From Rhodosorus marinus CCMP1338 (Eukaryota; Plantae; Rhodophyta): a stretch of 64,000 bases of DNA. Location: NCBI GenBank assembly GCA_029953675.1, contig JAMWBK010000001.1:1488001-1552000 (forward strand), written 5' to 3'. The translations under genes were made by a program, and so were the position numbers. Below the pieces are notes generated by a model. That model made no database searches and was not told the origin of the DNA. It saw only the letters and a program-made list of their open reading frames with translations. This document shows, piece by piece, positions 24,129 to 36,400 of the stretch; within the stretch, counting starts at the first letter, position 1, and every line of letters begins with the position of its first letter.

Positions 24129-27100
24129 AGACTACAGCAAGACCGCGCTCGCCTGTTTCATTCACAGAGAACCAAAGTTGGAGTTCGTCTCCCATTGGCA
24201 AGGAAGATCGCCGGAATAGTTGTTCAACGAACGCTCCACACGAGAGTTTTCGGTTTCGTGAGGGTGTATGGTGCTGGCTTTTGGTGGTTTTGAGTCGCAA
24301 TTGTGTTCTTCGGTGGGAGGCGCTTCTTTCTGCAGCCTTTCCCCCGCATCTTCTAGTGGTGTGGTGCGTTCTGGGGGTTGCTAGCGCCCCTTGGAGGTCG
24401 TGGTGGTTTTTCTTTGGTTTCAAACGTTGGGAACAAGTTCTCTTTTTGGGGGTTTCGTGGGGGAATCGGTTTTTCACACCTTCCAATCGTTATGGTTGGG
24501 GTTTCCCCACCCATTCCGGCGGACGGAGCCGTTCTCTCAGCGCGTGTGGAGCTCAGCGTGGGCGGGTTTAGTACCGCGGCCACCCTCACGGACTGCGCTG
24601 ACGAGTTGGCCCATGGGATCTGCTCGAAACTGACGAGTCTTCTTGTGACTGCTTCCCAGGAACACCGCCTTCCCCTGCTGATCGCCTATTTGGAGCGCTT
24701 CTCCGCCTCCGCGCCTGCCCCATACCCCCCGGTGCCCGTCCCCGCGGATCCGCACGGTACAGCGGGGCCTGCCTCCACCCGACCCGAGCGCTTCGCTCCG
24801 GTCATTCCTGATTCCGACTGGCCTACCCCTATTCAAGGACAGACGCCTCCTGGGCCCGCGTCGGGCCCGAATCCTGCTCCCTCCAGTGCCCCACGTGCGA
24901 CCTATTCGCAGGTCCTGCGCAGGGGCTCTTCTGAACAACGCACGACGGCAATGGTGCGTATGATGCCACAACACATCCCTATTCACTCTTCTCGCCAACT
25001 ATCTCCGTTCCACTTTGTTTGGATGACGAACGTGCGTCCCCAGACCCCCTCTCGTGGTCGGGGCCGCGCGCCCGTCCACTACCGCGATTTTCGCGACACC
25101 ATGGCTTCCTCCCTTGGGGTCGCCCCATCTGAATTCCTATATGTGGACTTCACGGGCCCTCATGCCTGTTTTCTTGTTACTGACTCGGCTTACCAGTTCC
25201 TTCAATCCCTTGTAACCACCCCCGCGCCCCAGCGCTCTGCTCTGGCCAACATGATACTGACTCGTCCTCATGTCTCTTTGTTTGTCGAGTTCGATCGTTT
25301 TGACGCCGGCTGGGTTCCTCCGTCGGCCTTGCAAAACCTGGATGCCTCGCAGGCTTCGGTTGTCGCGCTACACACTCATGCGGCGCGGCTCTCGCGCATA
25401 CAGGCGAGCCTCTTCGCGCGTTTTCCTCCTCGCGGGGTCCTCCGCACCGCGCTAGAGGCCTTCCTCTCCACTGAGGCCACCCTGCTGGAAGCCCACCCTG
25501 CGTTTGACCTTCTGCCGCCGACTCTTGAGCACCCTTTCTCCCCTCGCCCTGTCTCCGAGGCTCGTGACACCGACATGGCAGGAGCACCATCGGCCTCTCC
25601 GAATCCGCTGGCTCTGGACACCCTCAGTCAAGACTCCGCTGCTGAAAACCCTGTGTCTACTTTCTTCAGGTCTTTTAGTTCCTTCGTGCGCCCCCCACGT
25701 AAGCTTCGTGCGGCTCTCCTGAGCCTCCCTCCGAGGCACCTCCTCCGGATATTCGATCTGCCTTCCCGACTGAGGGGAGGCCCGATGTCTAAGTCTTCCT
25801 CCTCCGCGTGCGTGTCGTCCCGGTTACCCCTGTTTACCAGTGACCGCTCAGCCTGGCATGAGCGTGTTCTCTCGTGGTTTTCGCACCTTGTCGTCTCCTA
25901 CCCGGACGGTTCCCTTCCCCTTTGTCGTCAGAGCACGGCCGTACGGCTCCCTCGTCGACTTCATAAGCCCCTAGGATTGGTGTTGGATTTTCTCTGGCAG
26001 CAGGTCGCCGCGAACCCTCACTGCTCTCTTCGCTGGGAACTCTTGTTCTTTTTTCCCCGCCTCGTGCTCACCTCCTCTACCGTCCCCCTCAACCCACATC
26101 CTCGCCGGGTCCACCCTCGCCGAAAACTGCAAATGTTCCTTTCCGGCGACTTTGAGGACCTCGAACGTCTTTATTTTGCTTCTCTCTCTTCCTTTTCTCC
26201 TAGTGCTCCCTCAGCTTTTAGGTCTTCTCGACAGAATCGGGCGCGTCACGCGGTGGCAGGCGGTGATCTGCGGCGGGCAGCCGGGATCCTCCAGCAGCGG
26301 CAACCTGTGGTTCCATACTCCGATGATCTTTCTTTACCGCTCCGTTTGCTCTTTCCCTCGGAAGGCTCCCCTTGGGACTCCTCGTTTGAATCAGTGTTGG
26401 AAGAGTACCGCGCCGCGCCACATCCCAGTGCGCGGTTAGTGGTCAATCTGGAGGCGGTGCGTGAGTTGGTTCATGATGCTCCGAAGGGCCGTTCCCCAGG
26501 GCCCTCGGGGCTGCGGGTGGAATATCTCCGTTTCTTAAGTGATGAAGGTTTGAAGGCGTTGGCGTGGGTGGTCGAAGCGCTTGTGAATGGTGATCCCCTG
26601 TGTGAGTGTGCGTGGTTCTTGGTCGGGCGTTCGCAGTTGTGTCTGCTTTCGAAGCCCAGCCACACGGCCTCGAGCCCTGCTATTCGCCCTATTGGCCTGG
26701 TTGAGGTGGTCCGCAAATTGGCGGCGCGATGGTTAGTGAAAATCCTGGTTCCCGAATCCCGCCGTTTCTTTGGGCACGTGCAGTTAGGCGTGGGCTATCG
26801 TGGTGGCTGTGAGTTGTTGTCTGTTTTACTCCGTTCGGAAATGGCGTACTCCCCAGATTCTGGGCTCCTCTCTGTAGATTTTACCAATGCGTTCAACCGC
26901 GTCTCTCGTCCGGCTCTCATGCACGTGGTGCGCGAAGTCTTCCCTGTAGGCTTTCCCTTTGTTAGTAGACTTTATTCTCCGCTTGGTCGTGGGGCTACCT
27001 ATGACACCCTTGGCGCTTCCTCACACACGTTTGCGGCGCGCACAGGGGTACAACAGGGTGATCCCTTGTCCCCTTTCCTACATGCCTGTGGACTACAACT

Positions 27101-28985
27101 CGTCTTGCTTTGTCTTCGCTCCGAATTCCCGCAGGTTCGTACGGTTGCATACCACGACGACGTGTGCCTCCTGGAGCCCCCTGATACTCTAGCGCTCGCT
27201 TATGATCGTCTCCGCTCCTTGGCTTCGCGGGTTGACCTGGAGGTTAATCATCACAAATCGTTCTACTGGGGAGGTGTAGCTGCACAAGAGCAGCAGGTAC
27301 CTGCGTCGTTCCAGGATATTTGGAGACCGGATGGTTTTGTCCACCTAGGCATCCCCTACGGGTCGCCGTCCTTCGTTGAAGGCGAGTTGCTGCAGCTCCT
27401 CGGTAAGCACAGACAGCTGGTTGCAGAGCTTCGACGGCTACCTCCGGGCTTTCTCCAGTGCTCGTTGTTGCTGTTTCGGTATTGTTGCAGTCAGCGGTTA
27501 ACCTATTGGCTTCGCTCACTTCCAACTCATTGGGGCCGGTGGTTGGCCACTCGTGCGGATGCTGAAAGTTTCCGTGACCTGGGGTATTTTCTCGATGAAG
27601 AGCTGAGCGCTCTGCCGCGACCCACCTGTGATGTTGTGCGCGCCCAGGTAGGCCTCCCATTGCGATTGGGGGGACTGGGCCTCTGCAATCGTGTTGTGGT
27701 CCAACCTGCAGCCGCAGTAGGGGCCTGGGGAACCGCACTTCCCACTTTGAGCAGCTTGGGTATCTCGAAGTTCCGCAATTTGATGGCGAGCCTCTCGCGG
27801 GGTGTCTTGCTTCCCAGCGTACCGGAAAGCGCCCAAGACTTGTTTCTGGAGCTCCAAACCGCCCTGAATTCCTGTACTAGTCTCCCCGAAACCGTTCAAC
27901 CCCGTCTTCCTGACCGGCGAGCTGTATTTGACCGCTCTCGAGGCTCCGCCCCGGGGATTCGTCCTGCGCCTGAACCTGTTCTAGGGGAGATTGGCCCAGT
28001 GGTTGCCGCAGAAGAAGAAGTTCCAGTTGATCCTCCTGATGATTCCCAGCGCGCTGGGAGCCGAGCTCAAGCACGCACGGATGCGCTGCAAAAATATCCT
28101 TTCTTGGGACTTGCACCGTGCTGCATATGGCCGACTCCTCGCGCAGATGGTCTCATCTTCTCGCGCTCGCGCCCGCCTACGTAGTCTTGGAGGGGTTCTT
28201 AGCTCTCAGTGGCTCATGACCGTACCAGCCTTTCCGCCACTCACACTGTCGGATTTCGAAGTGCGTACTTCACTGCGCTTATACCTCGGCTTACATCAGC
28301 CCCCTTGGTCGTACGAGATGGGTTCGTCGTGCCCTCTCTGCTCTCAGACTGAAGACAACGCAGATTTTGGCGCCCACCTGCTCGCTAGTTGCCCGGCGGT
28401 GAAAGGTGCTCGAACCCGCCGCCACACACGGATCTTGAACCTGTTATACCGGGAACTTCGGCCTATAGTCCGGCAAGCCGGTCTGGAAATCGAACGTGAG
28501 AAACTTTTACCCGTCGCGGACTTTCAAAATGATGAACGCCGTGTAGCCGACCTGGTGATCACCTGTGACGACAGCCGCCGTACCACATACGTTGATCTTG
28601 CTGTTCCTAACCCTCAAGCTAGTCGTTATCTCCCGGCTGCGGGGGAGCGCCGTGGATCTGCCGCCACCAGCTTGAGACGCCGCAAAGAGATCAAATACGC
28701 GGGGGCTTTGTCTTCCCCTGGTGTTCGTGCTTCGGCATTAGCACATCGCTTGGTACCCCTGATCATTGAGTGCTTTGGGTTCATGGACTCTGTTGGTTCT
28801 CGCTGGCTTCGGGAGTTGTTCCGCGAACGCCCTGACCGTCTTTAATCGTTGTTTACCCGCATAAGTTTCCTGCTGTGGCGCATGAATGCCGCTTTGATGT
28901 TGGAGGCGCGAGTACTTCGCCGCGCTTAGTCTTTTTTTCCCCTCGGGGTTTGTTTTTCAGCCTCCGATTAAACCATTCGTTCGAA
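24128..28985 (+). mobile_element. Near full-length family B CRE-clade non-LTR retrotransposon
   Basis: Single long ORF with RT (RPIG, VDFTNAFN, GVQQGDP, YHDD), CPLC..H..C knuckle and RLE; 3' terminus CAGCCTCCGATTAAACCATTCGTTCG. Confidence 0.92.
24492..28928 (+). pseudogene. Family B polyprotein ORF with one frameshift and one nonsense change
   Basis: First in-frame ATG at 24492; A5 at ~28090 where the copy at ~47525 has A4; TAA at 28843-28845 where other copies have CAA. Confidence 0.85.
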
Positions 28986-29109
28986 TCTAGGGACAAAATT
29001 TTCTTTCGTACGAGGAAAGTTGTTTTGGAGACATAAAGTATGCTTGATGAGCTAAACTTGCGGTTAAATACGTGGCACGAGGACCGTCCGGACCGGGCGA
29101 TATTTCCGT

Positions 29110-29215
29110 TAGCTAGTTTCAGATGAGACCCCTGGACATGGGGTTTGGGCATGTTTAGAGCGTGCATAGTGTTTTAGTAGTGCCCTACGGTGGGTAGCAG
29201 CCGAATAAAGGTTAC
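29110..29215 (+). mobile_element. Family F2 3'-UTR remnant
   Basis: AGATGAGACCCCTGGACATGGGGT...GCAGCCGAATAAAGG matches 42400-42510 and 44080-44180; absent from the paralogous block at ~45825-45840. Confidence 0.7.
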
Positions 29216-29239
29216 CAGGTAGCATAAGACAGAGCAGCT

Positions 29240-30420
29240 CTGCGCCATATTTATTGGCCACCCAGCATATCAAGGTCAAGGTAACCCCGTATACGCACCT
29301 TTTGTATTACAATTTCATTTCATTCATTGGGATTGCCCACCCAGGACATCAAGCTCCGGAGAGGCCAAGGTTCTCCCCAGGTACTGCCCCGTTTGTCCCG
29401 TTTTTACTGGTTTTTACTCGCCATAGCCAGAAGCGGTAGGCAAGGCGTGAAATGGAGCTAAGAACTACGGAGGGAAGCGTGCAAACCCAGGCGCCGATGG
29501 CGTGCCTCGGCAAGCATGCTGCTAAAACCCAGAACATCGCGCACAGAGCGACACTAATACATCGTAAGAGTTCCTAGCATAGCCTGATATGCTTACCCTA
29601 CACTTTTTGTATTTGAAATTTCATTTCATTCCTTGGTATTGGCCACCCCTTTAGAATATCGAATGAATGGTTTACTCGGAGGCTGAAAAAAAAAAAAACC
29701 CCGAGGGGAAAAAAAGACTAAGCGCGGCGAAGTACTCGCGCCTCCAACATCAAAGCGGCATTCATGCGCCACAGCAGGAAACTTAAGCGGGTAAACAACG
29801 ATTGAAGACGGTCAGGGCGTTCGCGGAACAACTCCCGAAGCCAGCGAGAACCAGCAGAGTCCATGAACCCAAAGCACTCAATGATCAGGGGTACCAAGCG
29901 ATGTGCTAGTGCCGAAGCACGAACACCAGGGGAAGACAAAGCCCCCGCGTATTTGATCTCTTTGCGGCGTCTCATGCTGGCGGCGGCAGATCCACGGCGC
30001 TCCCCCGCAGCCGGGAGATAACGACTAGCTTGAGGGTTGGGAACAGCAAGATCAACGTATGTGGTACGGCGGCTGTCGTCACAGGTTATCACCAGGTCGG
30101 CTACACGGCGTTCATCATTTTGAAAGTCCGCGACGGGTAAAGGTTTCTCACGTTCGATTTCCAGACCGGCTTGCTGGACTATAGGCCGAAGTTCCCGGTA
30201 TAACAGGTTCAAGATCCGTGTGTGGCGGCGGGTTCGAGCAGCCTCCCCGGACCTTGATTAGAATATCAAGGTCCGGGGAGGCCAGAGTTCCCCCCTGGGT
30301 ACGCACCTCTTGTAATATAATTTCATTTCATAAATTGTTTTTGGCCACCCAGGACATCCAAACCAGAATATCAAGATCCGGGGAGCCTAAAAGATTCTCC
30401 TCGGGGTATGTGTCAAGAGA
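29240..30420. repeat. Degenerate ~80-110-bp minisatellite (GGCCACCC...ATATCAAGGTCC...TTTCATTTCATT) hosting A and B fragments; paralogue at 45870-47960
   Basis: Repeated motifs at 29255, 29335, 29640, 30342; A 3' end on the minus strand at ~29400-29560. Confidence 0.7.
29661..30257 (-). mobile_element. 5'-truncated family B insertion with a 10-bp TSD
   Basis: TTAGAATATC at 29651-29660 and 30258-30267; RLE C-terminal ORF 29718-30212. Confidence 0.88.
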
Positions 30421-31064
30421 TGCGCATGTTCTACTCCCTATGAAAGGCGTGAACTAGGAGCGCATTGAGAAACACCAAAAACCGTGAGGACGGAGGAGAC
30501 TCTGATAGAGGGGTGGAATTGCTTCGATGAACAGGATTGTTGAGGGCAACACACGAGGAGGGAGGGACTGAGCGCTGCTCAAGGAACTTTTTTTTTCTTT
30601 TTGGAAAAACCCGTTTCAACTAAGCCGGAAAGCCACTTTCGGCTACCAGGTACCAGGGGATGAATGAATTATGCAATCTGGCCTTTCATCTTCCTTGGCG
30701 AGATCCCAGCGGAGCCGGTTTCCAGTAGGGGTTACGCTGGGAGACGGATACCAGTTGGGATCTGCCCGGGGGGGAGGGGGAGGGGAGGGGCTTGGTCGTC
30801 ACGGGTATCTCAGTCAAATGTAATTGGGGTAATTTGGCGTCCAAAATACTGCACCAAAAGCGAAATCCGCTTCTGTGAATCCCCTTTCCCTATCGTAGGA
30901 CCGCCACCCGCCCGAATTGTTGTTTTCCTAGTCAACCCAAAGGAGACGACGAAACTCGGGCATGGGTTCATGGGCTCCCCCGCTTACCAAAAGAAATGTC
31001 AGCATGTCGACTGTTTTTCAATCAATACTATGCACACACTGCAGAGAAGAGAAAACTCAATCGT

Positions 31065-31123
31065 AACCCCAGACTAACGTAACCCCGTTGTAGCCTTTAT
31101 TCGGCTGCTACCTAGCCCAGACT
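31065..31123 (-). mobile_element. 59-bp family F terminal insertion with a 12-bp TSD
   Basis: AAACTCAATCGT at 31053-31064 and 31124-31135; empty site aaaactcaatcgtgtag at ~48481-48497. Confidence 0.85.
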
Positions 31124-31345
31124 AAACTCAATCGTGTAGACAGCTATATATATATATGCACACAGCGCGAAAGGAAGCGCTATGTCAATTGTGCTTTGCA
31201 GATGTGTTTCTCGAGGACGTGAATGGCAACCAAAGAACGTGAGGCTACCAAAGGCTAAAGGCATAGACGAGACGGTAAGGACAAGGGAAGAGGGACTGTA
31301 GGTTTTCAGGTTCAAGAGTGGTGATTGGTTACGGCATTGGAGAAG

Positions 31346-32681
31346 ATGGGACCGTACGCGCTGTTACTCTTCGTGGTTGTGGCGGTTCAAGCGGTGGCTC
31401 AATCTCAAGATTGTTCCGCGGACCCATTGGCTGGAGCGTTTGAATTTTCAGAGTTCTGTAGACCCCTTCGCAACAGAGATGGAGTCCGGTTCGGCCAAGT
31501 GTGTGCGGACACCAAGTTGAACGACAAACAACTTGATCCCGGGGCATTGTTCTTGCCGAGTTGTATCAGAGCCAAGTTCAGGGCTGATGATGGATATGAA
31601 TTGAACCTGATCCGAGCTGGAGCGCACTTCGATGAGCCCCCTACCGGGCAGGATAGATTCACTTCTCGCAGGAACATCGACGGGTGGAAGACGAAGAACG
31701 AGGTGACGGATTCAATCAGATGGGCTAGGGTTCTCATTTGTCCCGAAGAATTGCAAGGACAGACAGATTGTTGCGGGCAGGGCGTCCGGTTGGTCGCTTC
31801 CGCGGTCGTCAGTAGGATAGGCAGTAGCGACGAGCAAATCCGGGTTTTTCTGGGCGCCGAGGACGACGATGATATGTGCACGACGAGGGAAAGCGACAAC
31901 ACGACTGCCTGTGACGTTATGATTGCTTGCCCACCGTGCGAGACGAGTGATTGTCGAGGGCCAGGAGGAGTTTGTGAGGATGCCCTAGCGTTTGAATGCC
32001 CGATCGGCGAGGTAAGTCAAGTCGCAAAATCTGCTCTCGCGGAGCGCTGTTTTCGGGGTCGCTCCCCCGCCCGAGGTCTCAGCTCTGATGATTTGTGAAC
32101 ACTTTGGGATACGACTAACTTTGTTGGCAACCACCAATGTCTAGGAACCATTTATTCGAGAGGATGGATTCTGCGATTGTTCGCAACCTACGGCGACATC
32201 CTCGCCAGCACCTTCGAATGGTCCTGTAGAATTGACGTGCTCTAGCCATAACGTGTTTTTGTACTTCGATGCTGGCGTCACAAGGCTCGTGGTATACGAC
32301 ATATCTGTACCTGCCTGTCAAAACTATTTTATCACTGTTAATACCGGAGGAGGACCCTGCAACCAACCAATCGACCTTGCCGACGCAATAAACTCGGGCA
32401 GAGCTTGTAATCACCGAGACCGAGAACCAGGTGGGTGTCCCAGTTGTTCAGAAATAGGCTTCATAAGTCAAACTTGTGGGGACCGGATTGAATCAATCAT
32501 CAGCACTGCTGTGTGGTGGTTCTGCCATGAAGCGGGAGGCGACCCGGAAGAAACTCTTCTGATAACGTGCGCATCAGAGTATGCGGACGGACGAAATGAC
32601 TGTCGGTTCGAAGATGGTGCAGACTGCAATTGTCCGGCAACTATTCCTGCTCCAGTGACGCTCCCTCCAACAAACTCTTAG
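31346..32681 (+). CDS. Secreted Cys-rich protein, two exons (31346-32011, 32145-32681)
   Basis: MGPYALLLFVVVAVQAVA signal peptide; GAG|GTAAGT donor, GACTAAC branch and CTAG acceptor; splicing joins the two ORFs in frame. Confidence 0.85.
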
Positions 32682-32899
32682 TCCTGCTGACTTATGCTAG
32701 CTGTGCCCTATAGAAACTAGTCTTCTACCACGCTCTGGGGTCTCCTTAGCCTCGCCCTTCCTGTTGTCCTTGAGCATCCCTAGAGCCATATTCGGTAGTT
32801 GGAGTAAACGGAAACTGTAAACAAGCACAGTATCTCTTGGTGAATGAATAGTTTTATTCAATAGTTTTGTTGCGCGGGTATCATCATTCATTCATCGGT

Positions 32900-33092
32900 A
32901 TCACATGCGGGCGCGGGAGGAGGGAAAGGAATTTAGCGATCCAGTTCCAGCTTTAGACCATTTTCGTATGTGCTCTATAAATTTGAATATTTCAGGAAAA
33001 TATCATTAAAACGATGTATGGATTGGACATTTTGTTGACTGAATAATTTTACTCGATAGTTTTATCAGATACGATATTTCATCTGAGACATT
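32900..33092. repeat. ~180-bp AT-rich satellite, left part
   Basis: Same monomer as 38279-39430; interrupted by the Gypsy element. Confidence 0.8.
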
Positions 33093-33401
33093 TGTTGGCG
33101 CACGGTTGTAGCCGGACAGAACGACACCATCAGGGCCTGGCTGACAACAGACGTCAAGCTAGGCGAGAGCAAGGGGTAACTGTAGCCAATTGCGACACCA
33201 AAAATATAACATAGATGGCTACCAAAAATAGCACTCTGTCTAGATGAGAGAAATGTAGAGGCCTAGTCTGAGGGTATAAATAGGCTAGGACGGAGTAGAA
33301 TATGATAGGGCTTAGCAAAGAGTAGTCCGGGGGAAAAATTCTTTGGACTTATCAGGCAACTCTTCGTGAGGGGGTAACTTGGGCGAAAAGATCCAATATT
33401 T

Positions 33402-33417
33402 GGTGGATTTCCGGGGC
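33402..33417 (+). promoter_or_regulatory. Primer-binding site, probably tRNA-Ala
   Basis: TGGTGGATTTCCGGGG directly after the 5' LTR; its complement ends UCCACCA (U70, A73), as in tRNA-Ala. Confidence 0.6.
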
Positions 33418-33479
33418 TGAAGCCGCTGGAACTTGGTGATTGAAGAAAAATGGAACCCGATCCTCCTTTGGGTGCGTAG

Positions 33480-36400
33480 ATGCCCGCGGTTGCTCAACTA
33501 CTAGAGCAACAACAGCGGATGACGGAGCAGCTTGTGCAAGCGTTGCAGGAACAGCAACAGCTACAACAACAGCAGCAGCAGCAACAGCTACAACAACAGC
33601 AAGGAGCTCGATCGGGACGACTACCAAGAAATCTGAGTCCCCGACTTTCGACGATACTTCAGACGTCGAGACATTCATAAGCGAGCTCGAGCACCTGAAG
33701 GGCGTTTATGTCCTCGAGGAGGACAGTGACTTGCTTTTCATCGCGGTTCGAGGGCTTGCAAAAACCGTTACCGAATGGTACCGCTCCCTCCCCGTGACAC
33801 AACGGGCAACGTGGGCAGCGTTGCAAGTTGCCCTGCGAACGCGATTCGCGAGCCACAACCAGGATGTAGAACTGGCGGTCAAACTGACGAGGATACGCCA
33901 ACGTGAAGGGTCAACAGTCAACGAGTATGCCACGGAGTTTGAATCCACGCTGGACCACCTCCGAATGTATGACCCTGAATGCCTCAGCGAGTTTATGCAG
34001 ATCCAACTCTTCATAACGGGCTTACGGACGTACCAACAAACGTACGTAAGAGCTCTACGCCCGACAACGTTACAGCGAGCGATCGAATTGGCTGTGTCAA
34101 TACCCGAAGAGACACCTGGGTCGAGGCGGAAGGTGATGAAGGCGTGGGGTAAAAACGAACAGACGGCCAGGACAAGTCATGACCAGCACGAAATCGTCTC
34201 CCAACCACCACTTCACCTGGATGCACCAGTACCAATGGCAGTTGGAACGGTGCGCGGGCCGCGGCAACGACGCCAGGGCCAGAAAAGTAGGGTGAACATC
34301 GTGGAGGCACCATCTGGCACGAAAGACGGGAGTGAAGACCCGGCAACCCGGGTATTGACCATCTTGCAGGAAGCTGACGTCCCCGACCAACGGCAACCGT
34401 TGTTGCGGATCCCGGCAGAAGTAGGCGGCGTCAAGCTCAACGCGATCGTGGACAGCGGATCGCAGGTGAACCTCATGACGACCGCGGCAGCCGCGAAGAT
34501 GAAAATTTCGGTGCCTAAGGAGACCGAATCGCTGGGTGCAGCGTTCGGACAGGCATTCCACGTAGGTATAGTCCGAAGGATTACGGTGGAGTGTACACCC
34601 AAGTGGCGCAGTCAGGAGACGTTCCGAGTCGCGGAACGGGGAGTGCCCGAAGTCATCCTGGGATTACCCTGGTTAAAGCGCAACCGCGTAATAATCCACC
34701 AAGGTGACGGGTTGCTGACGGCGGTCAACGATCTAGGGCAGGACGAATCACTACGGTACCTCAAACTTCAGCCTACGCCGAGTAACGTCACGGAGGTGCT
34801 GCTGGTCGGACGAAAGGAAGTAGCAGTCAGCGGTGACGAGAACATCGGTGTTCTCCAAATCTGCGCTATTGATACTCCGGGAACGACGAAGGAGTTGAGC
34901 GCAGCCGAAAAGGAACTACAGAGAGAGTTCGATGAGCTCTTCGTCGATACGTTGGCGAAACTACCGCCACGTGGGGAGCAGGACGCAGCAATTGAAACGG
35001 GTAACGCGAAGCCGGTGTTCAAGTGCCCGTACCGACTATCGCCATTGGAGCGGCGAGAGTTGAAGACTCAGCTGGAGGACCTCATCGAGAAAGGCTTCAT
35101 AACCCCTTCCAACAGCCAATGGGGGGCCCCAGTGCTTTTCGTAAAAAAGAAAACGGGCGAGTTACGTTTGTGTGTTGACTACCGCGCATTGAACGAACGA
35201 ATGGCATTGAACAAGGTCACCGAGCGGTTAAAATATCCGTTGCCAAAAATAGACGAGCTTGTGGACCAACTGGCGGGCGCTGCTATTTTTAGTACACTCG
35301 ATCTACGGAGTGGGTACTGGCAACTGCGGATACGGGAGGAAGATGAACCAACAACGGCCTTTGTGTCGGAATTCGGCGATTATCAATGGCTTGTGGCACA
35401 GTTTGGGTTGACTTCCTTACCCGCCTACTTCTCGCGATTGATGTCGGACATCCTACGGCGTCTCATCGGCCGGTTTGTAGTGGTGTATCTCGACGATATC
35501 CTCGTCTACTCCTGTAATAAGGAAGAACACGAAGAACACCTCCGACAGGTCTGGAGCTGAGGCGGCATCACCTATACCTACATCCGGTAAAGACAGAGCT
35601 ATTTCTTGACGCGGTGACATATCTGGGCTTCCGGATCGAAAACGGCCGCATCTCGATCGACGAAAACTAAGGTGGATGCGATAAGGAAGCTAGCGGTACC
35701 CCAGTCCGTTAAGGGGGTCCGTTCGATCATGGGCTTACTTTCGTACTCTCGACGATTTATACGAAACTTCTCAACCCTAACAGCTCCCCTAACCGAGTTG
35801 CTTAAGGATGGGAAGCCTTTCGAAATCACGATCGAAAAACATACGGCATTCGAGAAACTTAAGGCGCTGATATGCAGTGCGCCCATTTTGAGACTCCCAG
35901 ACCTGGATCATCTTCAGTTCGAGGTAACAACTGACGCCTCGGACATAGGATTGGGAGGGATGCTGACGCAGGGCGGAAATCCGGTGGCATTCGAAAGTCG
36001 GAAATTTACAGACACCGAGCGAAGGTACCCAGTTTACGAGCGGGAAATGTCTACGATCGTATTGTCTGTTCAAATGGCGACACTTCCTGCAGGGAGCCCG
36101 GACTACGGTGTTCACGGACAACGCCGTGCTCACCTTGAAAACTAGAGAGCACGCAGACGCAGTGTCCCTGCCCGCTCGGCGGTTTTGAATCAGTGGTACC
36201 ATGCAGCAAACAAAGTCTTCCGTTTAGCGCTGACTGAGTTCATGCTAGTAAAGTCCAGTTCATGCGCGTAAGCTTTGCACAAAAACTGAAAAAATCGAAG
36301 GGATCAGCAAGTGGCGCCATCCACAGAAACAATCCTGACATCGGTTGGGCAGCTGCTGGATTCTGCACGTGAGATAGATTTGACGGCGGAATCCTGGACA

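Larger units (their letters stand above)
28990..32860. other. Segmental duplication, paralogous to ~45770-50200
   Basis: Colinear minisatellite, B insertion site, spacer and secreted-protein gene. Confidence 0.85.

Noticed and set aside
24185-24240. Pistol, HDV or twister ribozyme at the B 5' end
   Set aside because: Only superficial motif matches (AATAGTTG); the required pairings are not preserved in both copies.
33630-33680. Programmed ribosomal frameshift in Gypsy gag
   Set aside because: The shift lies inside gag rather than at the gag-pol boundary, no slippery heptamer is evident, and the element has many other lesions.
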